Source of the DNA: Candidatus Latescibacterota bacterium
GTDB lineage: Bacteria; Latescibacterota; UBA2968; UBA8231
Assembly (NCBI GenBank): GCA_965215195.1
Contig: CBDCDC010000002.1
Coordinates: 2,400,001 to 2,464,000 of the forward strand
Direction of reading: 5' to 3'
DNA length: 64,000 bases
A program made the translations under genes and the position numbers. The notes under the pieces are model-generated. The model did no database searches. It saw only the letters and a list, made by a program, of their open reading frames with translations, and had not been told where the DNA came from. Positions 56,527 through 64,000 of the stretch are shown piece by piece (position 1 is the stretch's first letter; every line of letters starts with the position of its first letter).

Positions 56527-57453
56527 ATGCTTATCCGTATAGTCGATTTTTTGCACCAACACAATCTCTTGCTTGTGCTGGTAGCCGCTTCAATTTTGGC
56601 CTGCTCAGAAGAGCCGCCGGTTGCTCAATCGGCCTTTGATGCCGAGGCGGGGCCGTGGCAGACGGTTTCGATCAACGGCGCGATCTACTACCGTGCCGCG
56701 GCCAAGGCCAACGCGACAGCTCAGCAAGGCGGTTTGCGGATCTCTATTCCCTACACCATCTCTGAGGGAAGCATCCGCTTCTCCGACACCGCAGAGATCG
56801 CAGGCCGCACCTATACGACCGACTGCTCGGCCACAGGCGGCGGTACAAACGACGAACTGCCCGTAGAAGAGCCGTCGCCCGTTGACATCCGCCTCCCCGA
56901 TAATCCGAACCTAACGGATCGGGAAGTAATGATGACTCTCTATGAAGCCACGGGCGGCGGTGTTGCTTGGGACAACTTCGGTTGGGGAACCGATAGCATG
57001 CGGGAATGGGTGGGCGTAATGTTAGATGGCGATTACGTCGCCACTATTGAGCTCGCAGGCTACTTGTTAACCTTCGGACAATTAGAAAACTCAATACCTC
57101 CTGAGTTAGGTCAACTGACCCAACTGAGAAGCCTAAACCTGTCCGGCAACCAGTTGAGCGGCTCAATACCCCCTGAGTTAGGCCAACTGACGAGCTTACA
57201 AGACCTGAAACTATACAGCAACGACTTAAGTGGCCCGATACCTCCTGAGTTCGGCCAACTGACCCAACTGAGAAGCCTAATTCTCTCCCAAAACCAGTTG
57301 AGCGGCTCAATACCCCCTGAGTTAGGCCAACTGACCCAACTGACAGAACTGAGACTGGCCGGCAACCAGTTCAGCGGGTGCATCCCCGCCACTCTGCGAG
57401 GGATACCGCGACATGACCTAGAGCAAGTGGGATTGCTTTTCTGCGATGAATGA
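56527..57453 (+). CDS. Lipoprotein with plant-type leucine-rich repeats
   Basis: Lipobox ILAC; DREVMMTLYEAT cap; about 4 copies of IPPELGQLTQLRSLNLSGNQLSGS (72-bp repeats). Confidence 0.9.
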   Translation: MLIRIVDFLHQHNLLLVLVAASILACSEEPPVAQSAFDAEAGPWQTVSINGAIYYRAAAKANATAQQGGLRISIPYTISEGSIRFSDTAEIAGRTYTTDCSATGGGTNDELPVEEPSPVDIRLPDNPNLTDREVMMTLYEATGGGVAWDNFGWGTDSMREWVGVMLDGDYVATIELAGYLLTFGQLENSIPPELGQLTQLRSLNLSGNQLSGSIPPELGQLTSLQDLKLYSNDLSGPIPPEFGQLTQLRSLILSQNQLSGSIPPELGQLTQLTELRLAGNQFSGCIPATLRGIPRHDLEQVGLLFCDE

Positions 57454-57614
57454 TCTTCGCTTTGCCAAAGCCATGTCGTCCATGGCCGAGGGAGTTTGCA
57501 AAGGGACTTACTTTCCAGCCTGAATCCACTGGATTCCCGCGAAAGCGGGCTTCACCGCACCTTTAGGCGTACCATCCACCACTAAGCTGTGGACCTATCA
57601 AAAGGAGAGCTGTT

Positions 57615-58400
57615 ATGACCTTAGAGCGAGTGTTTCAGTTGAAACGGAGACTATCCCTTATCTTGGCCTTGTGCAGCCTATCTTTCGGCTGTGACGCCCA
57701 CAAGCCTACGGCTGAAGGACCTGCTTTGATCCAGACCATTGAATTGGATGGTTCAACCTATCGCCGTGTCGCTTCAAAGGCCAATGCAACCAGCGGCCAA
57801 GACTTGTCTCTTGAACTGTTCTATGCCGTAGAAGGCGACGAGGCATACATAGACATGGTAAGAATAGATGGCGTGGAGTACCGAGCCGATTGCACCGACC
57901 CACCCGACCCACCCGAACCACCATACCAAGAGCCGCCCGATGTTAGTCGGGAACCTCCGCTGCCCACAACAACAGAGCCTCGCATCGAAATAGACGACCA
58001 CCTAAGAAACCGCTTCAGCACGGCTGTCGTAGCTGCTGATATTAATTTGCCCTCAGAAGTAGAGGGCAGAAGCATAACGGGGGGCTACAGTGCGTTCTCC
58101 ACCTTGGGCAAGGGAGAAGATGATTTTTTTCGTTTCGATCTTACGGAAAGAGGCTGTTATAATTTTGTTACTAGTGGCGATACGGATACCTATGGCGAGG
58201 TTTTCCGGGATGATGATGGTGACATTACATTCATTATAGGCACGAGCGATTTTGGTGTGTATCCCAACTTTGGCGTGGAAGCAGTATTAGATCCGGGCAC
58301 ACACTACCTAAGAGTAAGCGGAGACAACCAAGAGGTGGAAGGGCGCTACCAGGTGTTTATATACGGCTGGCCAGTAGAATTCTGTACTGGTTACTACTAG
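57615..58400 (+). CDS. Lipoprotein with Pro-rich linker and C-terminal PPC-like domain
   Basis: Lipobox SFGC; DDFFRF, TSGDTDTYG, LDPGTHYLRV. Confidence 0.75.
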   Translation: MTLERVFQLKRRLSLILALCSLSFGCDAHKPTAEGPALIQTIELDGSTYRRVASKANATSGQDLSLELFYAVEGDEAYIDMVRIDGVEYRADCTDPPDPPEPPYQEPPDVSREPPLPTTTEPRIEIDDHLRNRFSTAVVAADINLPSEVEGRSITGGYSAFSTLGKGEDDFFRFDLTERGCYNFVTSGDTDTYGEVFRDDDGDITFIIGTSDFGVYPNFGVEAVLDPGTHYLRVSGDNQEVEGRYQVFIYGWPVEFCTGYY

Positions 58401-58467
58401 GGTACTCCATTAACTTAGGGGGGCTTGGTAACTATCGTATATAATTCCCTTTGCAAAGAGCCAAGCA

Positions 58468-58505
58468 CAAAAAGGGCCGCGAAGCACATGGCTTCGCGGC
58501 CCCCT
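58468..58505. terminator. Hairpin terminator between convergent genes
   Basis: ggccgcgaagc...gcttcgcggcc with A-run on the left. Confidence 0.7.
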
Positions 58506-58530
58506 AAATCCCATCCCTTTTTGCCGTCGA

Positions 58531-59079
58531 TTACTGCGCTTCCTCGGCGGCCGGGAGGATCACCCCCACGAAGTCGCGGGCGTGGACAGTGCCCCACTCG
58601 CGGCTATCCTCAACGCCTTGGGCGCGGTTGTCAGCGTGGACGTAAAAAAGGCTGTCGCCCAACGATGGAGCCGCCTCGTATGCAGACAGAGCCATTTGCA
58701 GTACGATAGTGTAATTGCCAGCGGCTAGGTCTGCAACGTAAACGGGCGGGTTATCCTCGTTCATAGGCGTGTCCTTGTGCAGCCACGCGATATGATCTTC
58801 AAGTAGCGATCCAAACCGCCATGTGCTGTTCCGGCGTTTTTCAAAACGGGGGTCTATTGCAAGAACCCCATCTGTGGGAGTGCCCACCACGCGCCGGGCG
58901 ACCTGCTGGCCGGCGCGGTTGAATACGACGATGTAGCCCGGGATTAAGGAATCGACAGAGGCCATCGCGTAGGACGAACCCGAGGCTAGGGCCGGGGCCA
59001 TCGCCGCGTCCGGTGCGCGGAACGTGGGCGACTGGGCCAAAGCCGAGGTTGCAATGAGCAAAACAACGAGAAATCGCAT
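58531..59079 (-). CDS. Secreted hypothetical protein
   Basis: Signal peptide ALA-Q; AGGA RBS. Confidence 0.7.
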   Translation of the reverse strand: MRFLVVLLIATSALAQSPTFRAPDAAMAPALASGSSYAMASVDSLIPGYIVVFNRAGQQVARRVVGTPTDGVLAIDPRFEKRRNSTWRFGSLLEDHIAWLHKDTPMNEDNPPVYVADLAAGNYTIVLQMALSAYEAAPSLGDSLFYVHADNRAQGVEDSREWGTVHARDFVGVILPAAEEAQ

Positions 59080-59100
59080 GGTGGATTTCCTTTCTAAAGG

Positions 59101-60228
59101 TTAAAGGTTGAGATCGTGGCAGGTGATGCTCCTAAAGGTGTTGTACCCTCCTCCCCTTCCTTCGGTTACGGTAAGTCTATTATTATCCAAAAAAAGTCCC
59201 ACGCCTCCCTGCGAAGTCACGGTGGTATAACTGAACATTTCATCTTTACCTTTTCCCTTGCAGTAAGCATGACCTGCCAGAGTCCCCACTCTGAGTCCGT
59301 AGCCCGTGTGATGATTATACCCAGCAGAAACTGTGTCATAAGGCTCACGGCTTGGCGTAGGATACGTCCCCGTCACGCCGAAGATGCTCACTCCCTTTTT
59401 GATGTTGGCTGCCACGAGATCGGAGTCGCCTTTGTCTGTGGCGTCGTTGTCGTCCTCGTCCAAGGTACTAGTGATCCCGTCTGCGTCATTATCCACCACC
59501 GAAGAAACGACAAGCGTTCCCTCGATGTCGAAGATATCCACGCCGGACTTGATGTTGGCTGGCACGAGGTCCGAGTCGCCCTTCACAACATGACTGACGG
59601 ACTCATCGCCATCATAAACGCCGGCTGGTACTCTTACGGATGCTGTCTGCGCAGAAGCACTCGGCGTCGTCGCTGCGATTGCGAAGCTACCACGCTCCGT
59701 CAGGTTGCCCGACACGCCAAAAATATCGATGCCGCCTCGAATGTTGTTGGCAATAAGGTCGGAATCGCCTTTGTCTGTGGCGTCGTTGTCGTCCTCGTCC
59801 AAGGTACTAGTGATCCCGTCTGCGTCATTATCCACCACCGAAGAAACGACAAGCGTTCCCTCGATGTCGAAGATATCCACGCCGGACTTGATGTTGGCTG
59901 GCACGAGGTCCGAGTCGCCTTTGTCTGTAGCGTCGTTGTCGTCCTCGTCGGTGCCCCTGACGTGGCCATCGCCATCGGCGTCGATGACCACGGACTGCCA
60001 CTGACTGTCCATGCAGGCCGTGGTTTCTTCCCCGTCGTCATAGACAAACCCTTGGAGCGACGTGCTGCATTCGGGGCGGTCAACATCATCCAGCGTTATA
60101 AGGATGCCGCGGACGAGCCGGTCTGACGACGCCGACTCGCTTTCGGTATTCGACGCTACCGACTCGACGAGACCCATCGCCGAAAGGGCGATGATAAGGG
60201 TAGCGAGAACTGGACGGAAGTGTTTCAC
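59101..60228 (-). CDS. Secreted acidic-repeat protein
   Basis: Signal peptide; DxDxDG..DEDDND and DSDLVPANIKSGVDIF repeats; Cys-containing C-terminal domain. Confidence 0.78.
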   Translation of the reverse strand: MKHFRPVLATLIIALSAMGLVESVASNTESESASSDRLVRGILITLDDVDRPECSTSLQGFVYDDGEETTACMDSQWQSVVIDADGDGHVRGTDEDDNDATDKGDSDLVPANIKSGVDIFDIEGTLVVSSVVDNDADGITSTLDEDDNDATDKGDSDLIANNIRGGIDIFGVSGNLTERGSFAIAATTPSASAQTASVRVPAGVYDGDESVSHVVKGDSDLVPANIKSGVDIFDIEGTLVVSSVVDNDADGITSTLDEDDNDATDKGDSDLVAANIKKGVSIFGVTGTYPTPSREPYDTVSAGYNHHTGYGLRVGTLAGHAYCKGKGKDEMFSYTTVTSQGGVGLFLDNNRLTVTEGRGGGYNTFRSITCHDLNL

Positions 60229-60253
60229 GATGATACTCCTTTCTTAATAGATA

Positions 60254-61063
60254 TTAAAAGGTTACGCTAGCGCAGCTTACACTAGAGAGGGCGTCTGCGC
60301 TTTCTTGGGTCCGCACAACCCCTCCATTGGCGTTTGGATCGCTATTCTCGCAGTGCATAAACTGCCAGTTGACCGAAGTAGCCGAAGTAGAATAACTGAC
60401 AACGTAGTTGGTAGCCCTAGCACCACAGATGGATGCCAGCATACAGGGGCTACTTTTGGGGTACGTCGAAACATTAGCAAGGGTCAGCCTCAAGTCATTG
60501 GCTCTGGCGAATGCGTTCCATTGCCGTACTGGATATGTCCCTACGATGTTGAAGATGTCCACACCGGACTTGATGTTCTCTGCCAGCAATTGCGGGTCGC
60601 CGTTGTCCGAGGGATCGTTGTCGTTGTCGTCCACGTCAACGGTGTGTCCATCGCCGTCATTGTCAACAGCACCGGACGCAGAAAGCGTTCCTATTACATC
60701 AAAGATATCCACTCCCTCTTTGATGTTCTCTGCCAGCAATTGCGAGTCGCCGTTGTCCGAGGGATCGGTGTCATCCTCATCCGTCCCTTCTGTGTGGCCG
60801 TCGCCATCGCTGTCGATGGCCGCGACTTTCCACTGGCCGTCGAGGCAGATGGTGGTTTCCGCCTCGCTATTGTAGACAAATCCTTGTAGCGACGTGCTAC
60901 ATGCGGGACGGGTCGTGTCTTCCAGCATCAGAAGAACACCGCCGATAAGCCTACTGTCATTCGTAGAACTACCGGACCTGTCAGATGCCAGAGAATCGGC
61001 GATCCATGTGGCCGGAAAAGCCGTGAGAAAAAGCACAGCTACTACTGTGCGAAGATATTTCAT
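60254..61063 (-). CDS. Secreted acidic-repeat protein (paralog)
   Basis: Shared RPxCSTSLQGFVY module and ENIK.GVDIF repeats; different C-terminus. Confidence 0.78.
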   Translation of the reverse strand: MKYLRTVVAVLFLTAFPATWIADSLASDRSGSSTNDSRLIGGVLLMLEDTTRPACSTSLQGFVYNSEAETTICLDGQWKVAAIDSDGDGHTEGTDEDDTDPSDNGDSQLLAENIKEGVDIFDVIGTLSASGAVDNDGDGHTVDVDDNDNDPSDNGDPQLLAENIKSGVDIFNIVGTYPVRQWNAFARANDLRLTLANVSTYPKSSPCMLASICGARATNYVVSYSTSATSVNWQFMHCENSDPNANGGVVRTQESADALSSVSCASVTF

Positions 61064-61238
61064 TTCTAACTCCTTTGGGTATGAGTAGTGAATAGGGCAC
61101 CCACTACTTTCTGCGCAAAAGATGATAAGGCTTGGTGTCTAGCCTACATCCAGTGAGGCGCGAAGGTTGTGGGCAACGCACGACGCCGTTTAGTGCGGCC
61201 TCCTTTTCCGTATCGGCATCGACTTCGATGATATACAA

Positions 61239-61254
61239 GCACATTCCGTGCCAA
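61239..61254 (-). promoter_or_regulatory. Candidate sigma54 promoter
   Basis: TTGGCACGGAATGTGC (GG-N10-GC) ~175 nt upstream of 61063. Confidence 0.6.
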
Positions 61255-61477
61255 GGCTCACACGTCGCGCAAAAATTCTCCAAGAATGCCCTAACAGACT
61301 GAAAAACATGAGGTAAAAAATGAAATTTACTTTCCACACGTTGTCAGCCCATTTGTCGTTGCCCATCATTTGAACCACTTTTTGCTCCTGTTGCCCAACC
61401 TGCTGTTCACTTGCATAACCTTTTGTCCATCGGGACACCCTGCCCCGTCTGCCGGTACAAGCATCTACGACGACGGC

Positions 61478-61620
61478 TTCGGCCGCTGTATCCCACACTT
61501 GCACATCCGCTAGCGCAGCATCTGATGCCCCATGCCCAACAAGCGTACCGCGCCCCGAGACGACCCAATTTGTCTTCTGAAGGGCCGCGACAAGGCGCGG
61601 CTTCTCCACCTCGTCCTCAG
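61478..61620 (-). pseudogene. Remnant of a sigma54-dependent activator C-terminal Fis-type HTH
   Basis: ALQKTNWVVSG / AVRLLGMGHQMLR*RMCKCGIQRP with frameshift and stop. Confidence 0.6.
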
Positions 61621-61760
61621 CAAGCGGCACCTCTTGGTCGGGATATGCGGCATGGCGGACCCCGATCACAACGCGCTCGTCGTCGCATTTTCGCTCCATG
61701 AATGACGTCATCAAGTGCGACCTCCTTGTCCGCATCGGCTTCAATTTTAATTGGCTATAC

Positions 61761-61776
61761 GCACATTTCATGCCAA
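61761..61776 (-). promoter_or_regulatory. Second candidate sigma54 promoter
   Basis: TTGGCATGAAATGTGC (GG-N10-GC). Confidence 0.45.
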
Positions 61777-61892
61777 CGACCGGCCGCGCACAAAAAAATC
61801 CTTTAGGAATGCCCTAAAGGATTGGAAAACATGAACCTTAGAAATATAGGAGGGGAGTTTCATTGTGACATCCTCCTTTTGAGAAAATTCGT

Positions 61893-62735
61893 TCAAAAAC
61901 GCACTGTGGTAACGACTAACAAATGCCCTTGACTACCGGGCATTAGGGAGACAGAGATGCGGTGGGCCGGAGTGTCCTTAGGAGGCTGGCGCGACCACTC
62001 TGACGCAATCGTAGCTAGGGCTGGCGAACTGACGTATATTCCCCATGGTCTCCACGTACTAGGGAGCGCTAAACTCCCTAGCCCCCCTAGAAAACTGGCC
62101 AACACCAGACGATCAGGATCATCGTATGGGTCCCACAGAGTCACTCCTGCTGGGACCGCCCCAAGATAGCCTACGGCTGCGCCAAGTATGGCACCAGAAA
62201 CGCCACTAAGCTCACCCGGCTCGTCCTGCGTAAACTGAGCACCTACATGAATAGAGCAGTACGCAGCTAGAGTCCCGGTGCTAAACTTGAGGACAATCCG
62301 TTCACCGGTCCCTAGATTGGCAAATCTCCCCGTTCTCGCCGAACGGCCCTCTCCAACTGCAAGGTCGGGTTCTATCCCTTCGGCTCGCGTACTGTCCCTA
62401 GGCACCAAAGAATGAGACAGGTCACCCATAATCAACTTGTAGAAGTATGGAATGACCGTGATGGAGTCAGTATACGTCGTGTGGGTCGTCTGGTAATCAC
62501 CAGCTTTATCTCCTCCGAGACGGAATACCTCGAACCATAGATTCGACGAGGAATCAGCACCGACAATTTCCACCGGGTCAGGTTTGAGGACGCTATATTC
62601 CCCTTCTGTATCTTTCGTAAGTATTAATATGGGAGAACACTTATGCGCCAAGTCCAAGTCGCTGGCCAGACTCTCGTGTGCATTCCCAACCAGCAATAAG
62701 GCGAACCATGTAACTGCAACCATCCAACGCTTCAT
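61893..62735 (-). CDS. Secreted hypothetical protein with Gly-rich hydrophobic C-terminal domain (possibly mosaic or degraded)
   Basis: Signal peptide MKRWMVAV...; ends ISVSLMPGSQGHLLVVTTVRF. Confidence 0.5.
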   Translation of the reverse strand: MKRWMVAVTWFALLLVGNAHESLASDLDLAHKCSPILILTKDTEGEYSVLKPDPVEIVGADSSSNLWFEVFRLGGDKAGDYQTTHTTYTDSITVIPYFYKLIMGDLSHSLVPRDSTRAEGIEPDLAVGEGRSARTGRFANLGTGERIVLKFSTGTLAAYCSIHVGAQFTQDEPGELSGVSGAILGAAVGYLGAVPAGVTLWDPYDDPDRLVLASFLGGLGSLALPSTWRPWGIYVSSPALATIASEWSRQPPKDTPAHRISVSLMPGSQGHLLVVTTVRF

Positions 62736-62794
62736 TAGTGTTTTCCCCCTATTGAGTAGAAAGTTGATTATCCAATCGTCTTCCGACGCACCGT

Positions 62795-63646
62795 TCAAAA
62801 TCGCAGCGCGGCGAAGGTATACAGGCCTCCCCGGCGGTCCGGTGCCACACCGAGGGAGAGACGAGAAGCTGCGGGGGCATAGCGGGACAACTCCGACATA
62901 ATCGTCGCGCCAATAACAGACGAAGCCAACAGATCCCACATATCAGATCTCTCATCGACAGCGGAATCGATATCTATCACTCTAGTAAGCAATAGCATCC
63001 CCATCACGCTGCCAGTCAGAGCCGAGATGTAATGGTCATTTTGATCGACTCTACTCACGCCGACTGGAGTCACGAACGTATATCCGAGCAGCCGGCCAAA
63101 AAAGAAACTGGCACCGAAGTCGTTACCGCCGTTTCTATTCAAGCCAATTAGAATCTGCTCTAATAGAAAGCCAGAAAGTGCGCCCCCAAGAGCACCAGTA
63201 CCCAATTTCTTGACAATCCGTTTGCCGGTTCCCCTCTCGTTTCCTTTTGCGGTTCTCCCCAAAAGACTATCCGGCATCGCTCGTAACCCGCTCGCAGCGT
63301 GGCCAGAATCTACTTGCACACGGTCACTAGCAACCGATCTTTGGGAAAGCACTTGCACGGTCGTCTTCCCGCAGTTGACAAAGGCGATATGATTCATCCT
63401 GACGAGCCCGCCCATCTTAGCATACAGGCAGCGAAGGCCAGTCACATCGCCGCCGACATACACCGTGTCGCGCCACGTCGTGTCCTGTTCGATCCGACCC
63501 GTATAGGAGTCGAGAGAGGCGTCCGGGGGGGACGTGCGTTGTATAGAAGAGGGGGCTTCTTTGATTTCTTGAGCCGCCCCAGCGGACTGAAAAATCAGGG
63601 AGAGCACCAACAATCTCATCCCGTTCAAAGCGCCTATGCGTTTCAT
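62795..63646 (-). CDS. Secreted hypothetical protein with related C-terminal domain (possibly mosaic)
   Basis: Signal peptide; GRIEQDTTW; ends LSLGVAPDRRGGLYTFAALRF. Confidence 0.5.
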   Translation of the reverse strand: MKRIGALNGMRLLVLSLIFQSAGAAQEIKEAPSSIQRTSPPDASLDSYTGRIEQDTTWRDTVYVGGDVTGLRCLYAKMGGLVRMNHIAFVNCGKTTVQVLSQRSVASDRVQVDSGHAASGLRAMPDSLLGRTAKGNERGTGKRIVKKLGTGALGGALSGFLLEQILIGLNRNGGNDFGASFFFGRLLGYTFVTPVGVSRVDQNDHYISALTGSVMGMLLLTRVIDIDSAVDERSDMWDLLASSVIGATIMSELSRYAPAASRLSLGVAPDRRGGLYTFAALRF

Positions 63647-64000
63647 CTTATGCTCCTCGTGTGCCGGGTACGCCCCAACCATGTGGGTTGTATCGCGGGT
63701 CTGTGCCCGCCGCAGGGCGAGGGGCCGACCCCTTATTATGAGAGAATCGGTCTGTTGCACAAGGCCGCCCAGACCCCATCGGCGCTTAACCGATTAGACC
63801 CTAAAAGGGAACGGCGAGCCACTTGAGCTTGAGCAACGCACGACGCCATGTTAACGAATACTACGTTCAAAGTGGATATTTATCCCCCCAAAGAGGTCAG
63901 CTTCTACCCGTACATTGAACCGCTTCGATATGGGACTCTCCACTCCAAGTCCCAAACGAAGTATACTGGGGCACGATGCCTCCCATTCCCGGTCACATCT

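Noticed and set aside
57090-57385. CRISPR or other non-coding repeat
   Set aside because: The 72-bp period is explained by the 24-aa LRR.
1-64000. tRNA, rRNA, integrase or prophage genes
   Set aside because: None recognised by eye; a tRNAscan/Infernal run would be needed to exclude small RNAs.

Overview
High-GC bacterial window. The gene content (five PhyH-family dioxygenases, Gfo/Idh/MocA oxidoreductases, an FGE/CLec lipoprotein, a plant-type LRR lipoprotein, paralogous AAA ATPases) resembles marine or sponge-associated lineages such as Latescibacterota or Poribacteria; this is inference only. Ordinary content: catabolic genes, a hybrid two-component pair, NfuA, a Hen1-Pnkp RNA-repair pair, a higBA module, a Lol-like ABC operon, two 885-bp IS982-like copies with 5-bp TSDs, and a cluster of secreted repeat proteins. 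The standout is an ~11-kb, visibly lower-GC, translationally coupled seven-gene operon (28683-39649, minus strand). It encodes three full-length dynamin-like GTPases, a probable degenerate fourth G-domain protein with acidic 13-aa repeats, a helical protein, a 2-TM coiled-coil protein and a final gene broken by an IS. It is preceded by a candidate structured 5' leader. Other signals: a duplicated, hypervariable C-terminal segment of an FGE/CLec gene (DGR-target-like, no RT in window), two genes apparently inserted with long duplications of flanking host sequence, and several REP/MITE-like palindromes. Many start codons were re-assigned by eye from RBS or overlap evidence, and no database searches were run.
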